Assembly (NCBI GenBank): GCA_963668355.1
Contig: OY764265.1
Coordinates: forward strand, 544,001-608,000
Direction of reading: 5' to 3'
DNA: 64,000 nt
Source of the DNA: Bdellovibrionota bacterium
GTDB lineage: Bacteria > Bdellovibrionota_G > JALEGL01 > DATDPG01
Made by a program: the position numbers and the translations under genes. The notes under the pieces are model-generated. The model saw nothing but the letters and a program-made list of their open reading frames with translations, was not told the DNA's origin and searched no databases. Position 1 is the stretch's first letter; the number at the start of each line of letters is the position of its first letter. Positions 28,674 to 38,494 of this stretch are shown here, one piece after another.

Positions 28674-30127
28674 GAGAGTTCTTTCAAGAAGCTACACTGG
28701 ACGAACTCCGAAAGATTTTGGACTCAAAGAAAATCTCCTCGGTGGAATTAACCAAACATTTTTTGGATGAGATCGACAACCGAGACCATCTCTTCAATGC
28801 TTTTCTCACGATCGTTCCCGAAGTCGCCATCGATCAGGCTCAAAAAGCTGACGAACAAATTGCGTCTGGCCAAAGTCAACCCCTCACCGGCATCCCCGTG
28901 GCGATAAAAGACGTCATCCTCACGAAAGAACAGCGAACCACGGCGGGATCTCAGATGCTCCAACGATTCTTCTCTCCCTACGAAAGCACGGTCACACAAA
29001 AACTCAAAAACCAGGGAGCGGTCTTAATTGGAAAAACCAATTGTGACGAATTTGCCATGGGCTCCTCCAATGAATTTACAGCCTATGAAAAAGCAAAAAA
29101 CCCTTGGAACCTCAATCGCGTTCCCGGGGGAAGTAGTGGGGGATCCGCAGCCGCTATCGCTTCCCGTGAAGTCCCTCTGGCCCTGGGCAGCGACACCGGA
29201 GGGTCCATTCGACAGCCCTGCGCCTTATGTGGAATCGCAGGCTTAAGGCCGACGTATGGACGCGTTTCTCGTCATGGCTTAATCGCCTTTGCTTCCTCCT
29301 TCGACCAAATTGGCCCCATGGCCAAACGCGTACAAGATGTCGAAATCCTTTTTCAAGCCATCGCGGGAGCAGATGAAAAAGATCCGACCTGTTCCACGCA
29401 GCCGCTGGAGCATCCGGAGGAAAGAGAGTCTTTGGAGGGACTCACCGTAGGCATTCCTCAGGAGTTCCTTAAGGAAGGGTTAAACCCAGCCATTCGAAAA
29501 AACTTTCAACAGACCATCGAGCAATTGAAAACCCTTGGAGCCCACACGAAGACCATTTCTCTGCCGAAAACGTCCCACGCACTGGCCTCGTATTACGTTC
29601 TTTCCTCGGCCGAAGCGTCCAGCAATCTCTCTCGATTCGATGGAGTCCGATATACCGCCCGAGCGAACAACCCCAAAAACTTTGAAGACGTATTCAACAA
29701 ATCTCGATCACAATTTTTTGGAGAAGAGGTTAAACGAAGAATTCTTTTGGGGACCTTCGTTTTAAGCGCGGGATATTACGGAGACTATTATGAAAAGGCC
29801 CAGAGAGTCCGATCTATGATCAAGCATGATTTTTTTAAAACGTTTCAAACCGTGGATGTCATCGCCACGCCAACCACGCCAACCGAAGCTTTTGAGTTGG
29901 GTAGCAAAACCAAGAGCCCTCTTCAAATGTATCTGTCCGACCTCCTGACAGCCCCGGCTTCTCTGGCGGGAATTCCAGCTCTGGTTGTCCCCTCCGGATT
30001 CTCCAAAGAAGGGCTCCCCATGGGTCTCCAACTCATGGGAAGACCCTATTCGGAAGCTTTTTTATTCTCCGTGGGGAAATGCTTTGAGGAAGCCACCCGA
30101 CATTATGAGAGGAGGCCGCCCTCATGA
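28670..30127 (+). CDS. gatA: Asp/Glu-tRNA amidotransferase subunit A
   Basis: AIKD, GKTNCDEFAMGSS, PGGSSGGSAAA, GSDTGGSIRQP, EASSNLSRFDG, EVKRRILLG. Confidence 0.96.
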   Translation: MREFFQEATLDELRKILDSKKISSVELTKHFLDEIDNRDHLFNAFLTIVPEVAIDQAQKADEQIASGQSQPLTGIPVAIKDVILTKEQRTTAGSQMLQRFFSPYESTVTQKLKNQGAVLIGKTNCDEFAMGSSNEFTAYEKAKNPWNLNRVPGGSSGGSAAAIASREVPLALGSDTGGSIRQPCALCGIAGLRPTYGRVSRHGLIAFASSFDQIGPMAKRVQDVEILFQAIAGADEKDPTCSTQPLEHPEERESLEGLTVGIPQEFLKEGLNPAIRKNFQQTIEQLKTLGAHTKTISLPKTSHALASYYVLSSAEASSNLSRFDGVRYTARANNPKNFEDVFNKSRSQFFGEEVKRRILLGTFVLSAGYYGDYYEKAQRVRSMIKHDFFKTFQTVDVIATPTTPTEAFELGSKTKSPLQMYLSDLLTAPASLAGIPALVVPSGFSKEGLPMGLQLMGRPYSEAFLFSVGKCFEEATRHYERRPPS

Positions 30128-31047
30128 GCTGGACCCCCATGATCGGCCTAGAGATTCATGCGCAACTTAAAACAAGAACAAAGCTGTTTTGCCGATGTGC
30201 CAATGCGTTTGGAGGGCCTCCCAATTCACGGACCTGCCCCATCTGTTTGGGATTTCCTGGAGCCCTCCCAAGGTTAAACCCCACGGCGATTCGTTTGGGA
30301 ATCCGTTTAGGCTTGGCTTTGGGGTCTGATCTACAAGAGCGATCCGCCTTCGCACGAAAAAACTATTTTTATCCAGACCTTCCCAAGGGCTACCAAATCA
30401 CTCAGTTTGATTTTCCTCTAGCAAGAGGAGGAGTCCTAGAGTTTGAAATCGAGAGGGAAAAGCGATCCATGGAATTGGAACGGATTCACCTAGAAGAAGA
30501 TGCCGGAAAACTGATTCACGAAGGCCCGTTCATCGAAGGAGAAGAAAGTTTAATCGACTTCAATAGAGCCGGAATTCCGCTTCTTGAAATCGTGGGAAAA
30601 CCGCAGCTTCGTTCCGGAAAAGAAGCGGCCACATGTTTTCGAAACATCCGCGACCTTCTAAAAAGGGTTCAGGTTTGTGAAGGGAATATGCAAGAAGGAA
30701 ATTTGAGATGTGATGCCAATGTTTCCGTAGCCGACGACTCCAGAGGAACGCCTGGATCGAAAGTCGAAATCAAAAACTTGAATTCCTTTCGATTTCTTGA
30801 ACAAGCTCTCAATTTCGAAATTCAAAGACATGTTTCGCTTTTGGAATCGGGGAAATCGGTCGTCCAGGAAACACGCCTTTGGAATCGACAGAAAAAGCAA
30901 ACGGAAAGCATGCGTCTTAAAGAGCAATCACATGATTATCGATACTTTCCCGAGCCCAACCTTCCACCTGTAAATCTCGACGAGCAAGTCGTGCTGGGCG
31001 AAGAGAATTGGATCCACACTTTTGAAAATAAAAATGTTTTTTTGTGA
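30124..31047 (+). CDS. gatB: Asp/Glu-tRNA amidotransferase subunit B, N-terminal catalytic domain only (307 aa)
   Basis: IGLEIHAQL, RKNYFYPDLPKGYQITQ, RIHLEEDAGK, LRCDANVS, EIKNLNSF, YRYFPEP; stops shortly afterwards. Confidence 0.92.
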   Translation: MSWTPMIGLEIHAQLKTRTKLFCRCANAFGGPPNSRTCPICLGFPGALPRLNPTAIRLGIRLGLALGSDLQERSAFARKNYFYPDLPKGYQITQFDFPLARGGVLEFEIEREKRSMELERIHLEEDAGKLIHEGPFIEGEESLIDFNRAGIPLLEIVGKPQLRSGKEAATCFRNIRDLLKRVQVCEGNMQEGNLRCDANVSVADDSRGTPGSKVEIKNLNSFRFLEQALNFEIQRHVSLLESGKSVVQETRLWNRQKKQTESMRLKEQSHDYRYFPEPNLPPVNLDEQVVLGEENWIHTFENKNVFL

Positions 31048-31109
31048 GGCCGGTCGTGAAAGAATTCCTTTAAATCATGGCCAACCCATTTTTTTGCGAG
31101 TGTTAAAAT

Positions 31110-32147
31110 ATGAAGATTGAACCCATTGTTTGGAAAAATTCGAACGTATGCGTAATCGACCAAACCCGCCTCCCCCATGAGTTTGTCGTACAAGAATACG
31201 ACGACCCAGAAGAGGTGGCTCGTTCAATCGAAACCATGATCGTTCGAGGGGCCCCTTTGATCGGCGTCACTGCCGCTTTTGGTTTGGCCCTCGCAGCCCA
31301 GAAGAACACATCTCCTTCGTTGGAGGAAGCCCGAAAGTCCTGGTCCAGATGGACCGAACGATTTCACAAAACCCGACCCACGGCCGTAAATCTTTTTTGG
31401 GCCATTGATCGAATGAAGAAGGTTTCAGCCAGAAATTGGAAAGATGTGAATGAATGGAAGAAAAAACTCTTAAGTTCTGCTCAAGCCATTTGCGCTGAAG
31501 ACATTTTATCCTGCGAACTCATGGGAAACCATGGACAGGTTTTAATTCCCAACGGTGCCAAAATTCTAACCCATTGCAATGCTGGAGCTTTGGCTACGGC
31601 CGGATGGGGAACCGCCCTCGGCGTCATTCGCTCGGCTGTGAAAGCCGGGAAAAAGGTTTCCGTCTGGGTGGATGAAACTCGCCCCTTTCTGCAAGGTGCC
31701 CGACTCACGGCCTGGGAAATGAAGGAAGAGGGAATCCCCGCCCAACTCATTACAGACAATATGGCCGGGCATTTCATTTCGCGGGGCGAGGTCGATTTGA
31801 TCATTGTGGGCGCCGATCGAATTGCCTCAAATGGGGATGTCGCCAATAAAATTGGAACCTATTCCTTGGCGGTTCTGGCCTACGAAAACAAAATTCCCAT
31901 GTACGTGGCCGCACCCCTTTCCACCATCGACCTAAAATGTTCCGAAGGATCCCAGATTCCCATTGAGGAGCGTGCCCCCAAAGAGGTCACAGAGGTCGGG
32001 GGGCAACTCATTGCGCCAGAGGGCTTTCCAGCGCGCCACCCAGCCTTTGATGTCACACCCTCAAGACTCATAACGGCGATCATCACCGAAATGGGTGTGG
32101 CGAAACCTCCTTTTTCCCATTCGATTCGGGAGCTCTTTCAACAATGA
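31110..32147 (+). CDS. mtnA: S-methyl-5-thioribose-1-phosphate isomerase
   Basis: VRGAPLIG, TRPTAVNL, THCNAGALAT, ETRPFLQGARLTAWE, ANKIGTY. Confidence 0.96.
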   Translation: MKIEPIVWKNSNVCVIDQTRLPHEFVVQEYDDPEEVARSIETMIVRGAPLIGVTAAFGLALAAQKNTSPSLEEARKSWSRWTERFHKTRPTAVNLFWAIDRMKKVSARNWKDVNEWKKKLLSSAQAICAEDILSCELMGNHGQVLIPNGAKILTHCNAGALATAGWGTALGVIRSAVKAGKKVSVWVDETRPFLQGARLTAWEMKEEGIPAQLITDNMAGHFISRGEVDLIIVGADRIASNGDVANKIGTYSLAVLAYENKIPMYVAAPLSTIDLKCSEGSQIPIEERAPKEVTEVGGQLIAPEGFPARHPAFDVTPSRLITAIITEMGVAKPPFSHSIRELFQQ

Positions 32148-34972
32148 TTTTTTCGGCCTCTCTCCAAGGCCATCTTTCTGCTCTCGAAAATACGAATGTC
32201 GTAAAAATATTTGAAGACTGCTTACAATCCGCTCCGGATGCACCTCTTTTTGCCTCAAGAGTGGAGCAATACGCGAATTTCGATCGGCATTGGCGAAAAC
32301 TAACGCCTGAAGATGCCAAGGATCTGGTTTCTGTTTTTCAAGGCAGTTCTTTCCTTTCTCGATTCCTCATCCGCCATCCCGGTGAGATCGTTCAATTCCG
32401 TGATTTTCGCCTTTCATCTTTCGACGCGTGCACCTCTCCGAAGGAACTTCGAATGCTCAAGTATCGAGGCCTTCTAAAACTCTTTCTACAAAGATGTCGA
32501 GAAGATCTCTCCATTGAAGAGGAATGGAAATTCATTTCAGATCTGGCGGACCGAATCATTGTACGAAGCCTCGAAATCTCTCGACCAGCTCAAGACATCA
32601 ACGGAGATTTACACGTCATTGCCATGGGAAAGTTGGGAGCCCAGGAACTCAACGTGAGTTCCGATGTCGATTTGGTGTACCTATCTGAGAACATCGAAGC
32701 AAATGACCCTCATTTTCCCCAAATCCTTCAGTGGGCGGAGCGTCACGCACAAATGTTGTCGGAAATTACAGGCGAAGGATATTTGTTTCGTGTCGATTTG
32801 CGTTTGCGCCCCGAAGGTTCGCAAAGCCCCCTGGTTCACACTCGTAAAGCGATCCGTCGCTACTTTGAAGAGCGTGGTACGACTTGGGAACGTGCCGCTT
32901 GGCTAAGAGCTCGCGCGATCGAATCGTTAGAGGCCCAAAAGCTCATCGAAGAACTCAAACCTTTCCTGTATCGGCATCACTTAAGCTACGGAACCATCGA
33001 CGATCTTCGTGAAATGAAAATGCGTTTGGAGACCTCCATTCAGCTTTATCGACACGCAGAAGAAGACATCAAGCTCGGAACAGGGGGAATTCGAGAAATT
33101 GAATTCATTGCGCAAGCCTTCCAACTCATCTTTGGAGGAAAGCACAAGCCCCTTCGAACGCGAAACACACTGACCATTTTTAACGAGCTGATTCAGATCG
33201 AATTCTTGGAAGAGGAAAGAGCCTTGAAACTCATGAATGCCTACAAGGCGCTACGTTCAATTGAACATGCTGTTCAATGGGACGAAGAAAGGCAAACGCA
33301 CACGACCCCCCTCTCTTCCCAATCGAAAGACTGGAATCGCATCCAACTTTTATGTCCATCCTTTCCCGACATCCAAACCTCCCTTGTAGAGCATCGCAAA
33401 AATGTACAAAGACATTTTGAAGAAGTCTTCCTTCCAGAGCGAAGAAAGGACACCATCGCCTTTTGGGAACTCCCCTTGGACAGACCCTTAAAAAAAGAAG
33501 AGATCCAAAAACATCTTCAAAAACATGGGATCTCGAATTCAGAAGACACGACACCGATCATTTTAAAATTGCGTGAAGTCGTCCCAAAGCTAAAGCTCAC
33601 TAAAAAAGGAGAGAGACAATTTCGCAGACTTCTTCCTCATTTAATTGAGGAATTGGCCAAAATTTCAGACCCAGACCAGGCAATCAATGGATTGCTTTCC
33701 TTTTTGATCTCCACTCGAGGCCGATCAACAATTTACACACTCTTAGCCCAAAATCCCCCTACCCTTCGCTTACTTTTACAAATGTTCGGCCTTTCGGATT
33801 TTCTTTCCTCGAATTTGAGTCGGCATCCCGAGCTTCTGGATGCGCTTGTCATGAGGGCTCATTTGCGTCCCCTGGATGATCGCACCTCTTTGCAGAACGA
33901 AGTGAAAAGTGTCTTGGAGTCCAACGCCTCAAAAGAGAATGCATTAAACGAACTTCGGGAAATCAAACAAACACAGATGCTCCGAATTGCTCTCCATGAT
34001 TTGTCTGGAGAGGTCGAGTGGGAAACGATCGCAAATGAACTCTCCTCCCTCGCAGAAGAAATGATCAGGGCGTGTCTCACGCTTTCTCGCCGAGAATGTG
34101 ACCCAGAAAAACGCATTCGAATGGCCACCATTGGACTGGGAAGCTTGGGTGCAAAGGAAATGAGCTACACGTCGGACTTGGACCTAATTTTTCTCATTGA
34201 TCCCCGTTCCGAAGAGTTTAACCAGGAAATGAGTTTGGGGATGAAATGGGTCCAGCGTTTGGTTTCGGCCCTTTCTTTACCCACGGAGGCCGGAACCCTA
34301 TACAAGGTGGATGCCCGTCTTCGCCCCTCAGGAAACCAAGGGACACTCATCTCCAGCTGCAAGGAGTTCGCCAGATACCATGAAATGGGAGCCGATCTCT
34401 GGGAACGGCAAGCCCTCCTAAAAGCCAGACCCATCCAAGCCAATGACTCACTTCAATCCTTTTTCCAAAACCAGCGACGAACCGTTTGTTTTCAACACGA
34501 TGATTCCGTTCTAAAGAACCTCAAAGCCATGCGAACGCGCCTCGAAAAGGAGCTCGGGCACGAAACTCAGAACGAGAGAAACATCAAGCTGGGGCGAGGA
34601 GGCCTGGCAGACATCGACTTTTTGATTGCCTCTTTTCAGCTTCGTCATGGCCGAAACCATCTCGCTCTGCAAGAGCCGGGCAGTCTCAACGCTCTAAAAA
34701 CCATGCTCCAAGCAAACTTGCTCTCTCCCACGCAAGAAAGGGCTCTTCGAGAAGGCTTCATCTTTCTTCATTCCCTCGAAAATCGAATTCGCCTTCATAC
34801 CAACCAACCCATTTCTCGGTTTTCTTTGTCCGAAATTTCCTTGAACAAGATTGCAGGGAGTTTTAGGCTCGGGCCCGGCCGATTGTGTTCGGCCAAGGAA
34901 TTGAGGCAAATGTACGAACATACGACAGAGCGCATTCGCTCCACATTTAATGAATTGCTTTCGGAGGGTTGA
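32144..34972 (+). CDS. glnE: Bifunctional glutamine synthetase adenylyltransferase/adenylyl-removing enzyme
   Basis: Two NTase domains: AMGKLGAQELNVSSDVDL...RVDLRLRPEG and GSLGAKEMSYTSDLDL...VDARLRPSG; IKLGTGGIREIEF. Confidence 0.93.
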   Translation: MIFSASLQGHLSALENTNVVKIFEDCLQSAPDAPLFASRVEQYANFDRHWRKLTPEDAKDLVSVFQGSSFLSRFLIRHPGEIVQFRDFRLSSFDACTSPKELRMLKYRGLLKLFLQRCREDLSIEEEWKFISDLADRIIVRSLEISRPAQDINGDLHVIAMGKLGAQELNVSSDVDLVYLSENIEANDPHFPQILQWAERHAQMLSEITGEGYLFRVDLRLRPEGSQSPLVHTRKAIRRYFEERGTTWERAAWLRARAIESLEAQKLIEELKPFLYRHHLSYGTIDDLREMKMRLETSIQLYRHAEEDIKLGTGGIREIEFIAQAFQLIFGGKHKPLRTRNTLTIFNELIQIEFLEEERALKLMNAYKALRSIEHAVQWDEERQTHTTPLSSQSKDWNRIQLLCPSFPDIQTSLVEHRKNVQRHFEEVFLPERRKDTIAFWELPLDRPLKKEEIQKHLQKHGISNSEDTTPIILKLREVVPKLKLTKKGERQFRRLLPHLIEELAKISDPDQAINGLLSFLISTRGRSTIYTLLAQNPPTLRLLLQMFGLSDFLSSNLSRHPELLDALVMRAHLRPLDDRTSLQNEVKSVLESNASKENALNELREIKQTQMLRIALHDLSGEVEWETIANELSSLAEEMIRACLTLSRRECDPEKRIRMATIGLGSLGAKEMSYTSDLDLIFLIDPRSEEFNQEMSLGMKWVQRLVSALSLPTEAGTLYKVDARLRPSGNQGTLISSCKEFARYHEMGADLWERQALLKARPIQANDSLQSFFQNQRRTVCFQHDDSVLKNLKAMRTRLEKELGHETQNERNIKLGRGGLADIDFLIASFQLRHGRNHLALQEPGSLNALKTMLQANLLSPTQERALREGFIFLHSLENRIRLHTNQPISRFSLSEISLNKIAGSFRLGPGRLCSAKELRQMYEHTTERIRSTFNELLSEG

Positions 34973-35899
34973 ATGTACAAAAAAACCGACAAAATTTGGA
35001 TGGATGGAAAACTCGTGCCTTGGAATGAAGCCAAGGTACACGTCTTAACGCACACTCTCCACTATGGCGTCGGTGCCTTTGAAGGCATCCGTTATTACGA
35101 ATGTGGAGATCAAGGAAGTGCGGTGTTTCGTCTCAAAGAGCATATGCAACGTTTCATTGAATCCAACCATGTCGTGGCTCTTGAGCTACCCTATTCGCTC
35201 GATCAACTGATGGAAGCCTGTCTGGAAACGATTCGCGTAAACGGTTTAAAAGAAGGTTACTTAAGACCGGTTTCTTATATTGGAGATGAACCCAATGCCG
35301 GTTTGTGGGCCCACGACAATGACATTCATGTTTCCATTCTTACCTGGGGGTGGGGAGCCTACTTGGGAGACGAAGGAATCAAGAACGGCATTCGCGCCAA
35401 AGTCTCCAGTTTCACACGCATGCATCGAAATGTAAGCATGACGAAAGGGAAAATTAATGGGCAGTACGTAAATTCTGTGATGGCCAAACTCGAATCCAAA
35501 AAAGCTGGTTATGATGAAGCCATCCTCTTAGATACAGAGGGCTTCGTGGCAGAAGGTACGGGTGAAAATATTTTCGTCGTAAAAAACGGAGTTGTGAGAA
35601 CCCCTCAACTGGGCTCCATTTTAAATGGAATCACGCGAGACTGCATTGCCACCCTTCTTAAAGAAGAAGGAATTCCGCTAGAAGAAAGTCCTTTGACGCG
35701 AGATGACCTGTATATCGCAGACGAGATTTTCGTCACGGGAACCGCCGCTGAGGTCACACCCATACGTGAAGTCGATGATCGAAGAGTGGGAACCGGAAAG
35801 CCTGGTGCCGTAACTCAAAAAATGCAAAAACTGTATGACGATGCCATTCATGGTCGAACACCCAAGCACAAGGAATGGCTTACGTTCATTGAAACATGA
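34973..35899 (+). CDS. ilvE: Branched-chain amino acid aminotransferase
   Basis: LHYGVGAFEGIR, KINGQYVNS, EGTGENIF, LNGITR, TGTAAEVTPI. Confidence 0.96.
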   Translation: MYKKTDKIWMDGKLVPWNEAKVHVLTHTLHYGVGAFEGIRYYECGDQGSAVFRLKEHMQRFIESNHVVALELPYSLDQLMEACLETIRVNGLKEGYLRPVSYIGDEPNAGLWAHDNDIHVSILTWGWGAYLGDEGIKNGIRAKVSSFTRMHRNVSMTKGKINGQYVNSVMAKLESKKAGYDEAILLDTEGFVAEGTGENIFVVKNGVVRTPQLGSILNGITRDCIATLLKEEGIPLEESPLTRDDLYIADEIFVTGTAAEVTPIREVDDRRVGTGKPGAVTQKMQKLYDDAIHGRTPKHKEWLTFIET

Positions 35900-36378
35900 T
35901 TTCGATTTTTGCAAATCGCCCAGCCGACAATCCCAAGCAAACAGGATGGAAGAAATTCTTCCCCCTTCTCTGCATCCTCGTTCTTTTCTTTCTTGGCATG
36001 ATCTCTTCGTGCGCGAGCAAGTCTACGACCCCACTTCCTTCTGGAAAACCGGAATTACCTCAAAACTCAGTCCTTCTCAGAGCGCCCTATGCTCAAGTTT
36101 GGGACGTAGTGTTGAACACCTTACGCCTAAAATATCTCTTTCCGATCTCCATCGAGGACAAAAGCAAGGGGGTGTTTTCCAGCGAATACATCTACTCCGA
36201 ATCCAATCCAAATCGACGCTATCGACTTTCAGGGTCCGTGGTCAAAACACCGGAAGGACAGATCGTCACCCTATATAAATACGATCAGATCTTGAAACGA
36301 AGAGAGTGGACCGCCGTTCACACAAACTACCAATTGGAAAAAAAACTCCTAAAAGAAATCGAACGACGTTTGAACTAG
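35896..36378 (+). CDS. Hypothetical lipoprotein (possibly BamC-like fold)
   Basis: Lipobox ISSC; APYAQVWDVVLNTL...DKSKGVFSSEY. Confidence 0.65.
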   Translation: MISIFANRPADNPKQTGWKKFFPLLCILVLFFLGMISSCASKSTTPLPSGKPELPQNSVLLRAPYAQVWDVVLNTLRLKYLFPISIEDKSKGVFSSEYIYSESNPNRRYRLSGSVVKTPEGQIVTLYKYDQILKRREWTAVHTNYQLEKKLLKEIERRLN

Positions 36379-37160
36379 ACCTTCAAATCACGTCGAACCC
36401 GCTTAATGGACCGGGCCTTTCCGGAACGGTCGTCAACATCCACCAAGGCCGAGCACAAACGGATATCGTTTTTTCCCACATCAAATTTCTTTCGATCCCC
36501 TCGGAAAAACCGACCTTCAGCCAAATCAAGTCGCAAACCAATGACGGACTCATAGGCTCCAGTCATGCCCACATCTGTAATATAGGCCGTTCCTTTTGGC
36601 AGGACTTCCTCATCCGCTGTGGGCACATGCGTGTGGGTTCCCAAAACCGCGGAGGCCAAACCATTCAGATGCCATCCCATCATTCGAGCCTCAGAGGTCG
36701 CTTCCGCATGGAAATCCACCACCACAATGGGAGTTTCAGATTTCAACTCCTCCACAGCTTTTTTCGTAGGTTCAAAGGGAGAGTCAACTCCTGGGATATG
36801 GACCTTACCCATGGCGTTGGCCACCCCCAACGAACGTCCATCGCGAGTTCGCGCCACAATTTTTCCTCTTCCAGGACAAGGGTCTTTATAATTTAACGGA
36901 CGAAGAAGACGTTCGTCGCTCTCTAGAAAAGGATCGATTTCTTTCTTATCTCGCGTGTGATTTCCACTCGTGATCAAATCCACCCCTGCCGAAAACAAAT
37001 CATTGCAGGTTGATTCCGTCATGCCCTTGCCGCCAGCCATATTCTCTCCGTTGGCAATGACAAAATCGATAGATTCTTCGTCTATCAAGTGGGGCAAGAG
37101 TTCCCGGATTGCCCGACGACCGGGCTTACCAAACACATCCCCAATGAGGAGGATCTTCAT
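36375..37160 (-). CDS. ymdB: YmdB-family metallophosphoesterase
   Basis: GDVFGKPGR, ANGEN, TSGNH, DFHAEATSE, GTHTHVPTAD, TDVGMTG. Confidence 0.95.
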   Translation of the reverse strand: MKILLIGDVFGKPGRRAIRELLPHLIDEESIDFVIANGENMAGGKGMTESTCNDLFSAGVDLITSGNHTRDKKEIDPFLESDERLLRPLNYKDPCPGRGKIVARTRDGRSLGVANAMGKVHIPGVDSPFEPTKKAVEELKSETPIVVVDFHAEATSEARMMGWHLNGLASAVLGTHTHVPTADEEVLPKGTAYITDVGMTGAYESVIGLRLDLAEGRFFRGDRKKFDVGKNDIRLCSALVDVDDRSGKARSIKRVRRDLKV

Positions 37161-37181
37161 GTATTGGACCCGATTCCAAAC

Positions 37182-37460
37182 TCAAGATTCGAGGTGATTA
37201 TCCACCATCTTGAGGACTTTCTTAATTTTTTCCTGAACATTCTGTTTGAGCTTCTCGTCATCCTGCTTCAACTTAAGAAATTCCCCTGCCAAATTCATGG
37301 CCGTCAAGACAGCAATCTTCTCGGTCGCCACGGACCCCGTTTTGGTCATGAGTTCCTGCATTCGCCCATTCACCAAATTCGCCGTCTCCATCATGAAAGA
37401 TTCGCCAAATTCACTACGTACGGCATAGGTCTTACCCAGTATTTTGATTTCGGTATTCAC
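37182..37460 (-). CDS. zapA: Cell division protein ZapA
   Basis: IKILGKTY, KIAVLTAMNLA, C-terminal coiled coil. Confidence 0.88.
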   Translation of the reverse strand: MNTEIKILGKTYAVRSEFGESFMMETANLVNGRMQELMTKTGSVATEKIAVLTAMNLAGEFLKLKQDDEKLKQNVQEKIKKVLKMVDNHLES

Positions 37461-37537
37461 AGACTTCGGATGTACCTACCAGACCCCGGTAAGTCAAGAA
37501 CCCGAGGAAAGCTCCCATTTTTTCGAATGTTTGGAAA

Positions 37538-38407
37538 TTAAAGGCGAAATAGATGGGCCGCGAAATCTTCGGGCTGGAACTCTTTCAAGTCCTCCACACC
37601 CTCGCCAAGGCCGATATATCGAATGGGAAGATTCAACTCCAAAGAGGCCGTCAAAGCCGCACCACCTCTCGCAGTTCCATCCAATTTAGTGATCACCAAT
37701 CCCGTGATGTTGACAGCTTTCAAAAACTCCTTGGATTGGATGATGGCATTCTGGCCAGTGGTTCCATCCAAGACAAGATAGCTTTCGTGCGGCGCCCCTC
37801 TTCCGTCCCGGCTCAGAACACGTTCAATCTTTTTCAATTCTTCAATCAAAGGGGTTCGTGTGTGAAGCCTTCCGGCCGTATCGGCAATCAATATCGCCGA
37901 GTCCGCCACCGCTTTGGTCCAGGCATCAAAAATAACCGCTGCAGGATCGGATCCGTTTCCTTGGGCAATCACCGGCGCATTCACACGCTCTCCCCAAAGC
38001 TTCAATTGTTCGATGGCTCCCGCACGAAACGTATCGGCTGCAGCCAACACAACCGCCCGCCCCTCTGCCTTATAGCGAGCTGCCAATTTGGCTGCCGTGG
38101 TCGTCTTTCCGGTTCCGTTCACACCCAGAAGCAAAATCGCACCCGGAGTCGGAACATCCGGCTTCTCTGAAATGTCCATTCCTTGAATGATGCTCACAAC
38201 CTCTTGTTGCAAAGCCTCCAGCACTTCTTCCAAAGCTTTTGCGGAGGTTCGATCCGCGGCATCCAAAAGACGTGCAACCAAGGAAGGAGAGAAATCGGTC
38301 TCATAAAGAAAGGCTTCCAATTCCTCCCTCGAATAACCTTTCTCTTGAAGTCGAGAAACAAACTTTCGCAGGCGCCCACGCCAACCCTGCTGGACAATAT
38401 TTTTCAT
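37538..38407 (-). CDS. ftsY: SRP receptor FtsY (NG domains only)
   Basis: [49 protein letters not shown]. Confidence 0.95.
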   Translation of the reverse strand: MKNIVQQGWRGRLRKFVSRLQEKGYSREELEAFLYETDFSPSLVARLLDAADRTSAKALEEVLEALQQEVVSIIQGMDISEKPDVPTPGAILLLGVNGTGKTTTAAKLAARYKAEGRAVVLAAADTFRAGAIEQLKLWGERVNAPVIAQGNGSDPAAVIFDAWTKAVADSAILIADTAGRLHTRTPLIEELKKIERVLSRDGRGAPHESYLVLDGTTGQNAIIQSKEFLKAVNITGLVITKLDGTARGGAALTASLELNLPIRYIGLGEGVEDLKEFQPEDFAAHLFRL

Positions 38408-38494
38408 GAATTCCTCCCGAACCCTTTTTCAGAAAAGACTCGAAACTGGTTATGCCTAAAAGCACCCCATCTACAAGAATTCCCGGAAAACCAA

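Noticed and set aside
31020..31109. Frameshift at the T-run restoring full-length GatB
   Set aside because: Only ~60 bp remain before mtnA, so the missing ~170 aa are not encoded in any frame here.
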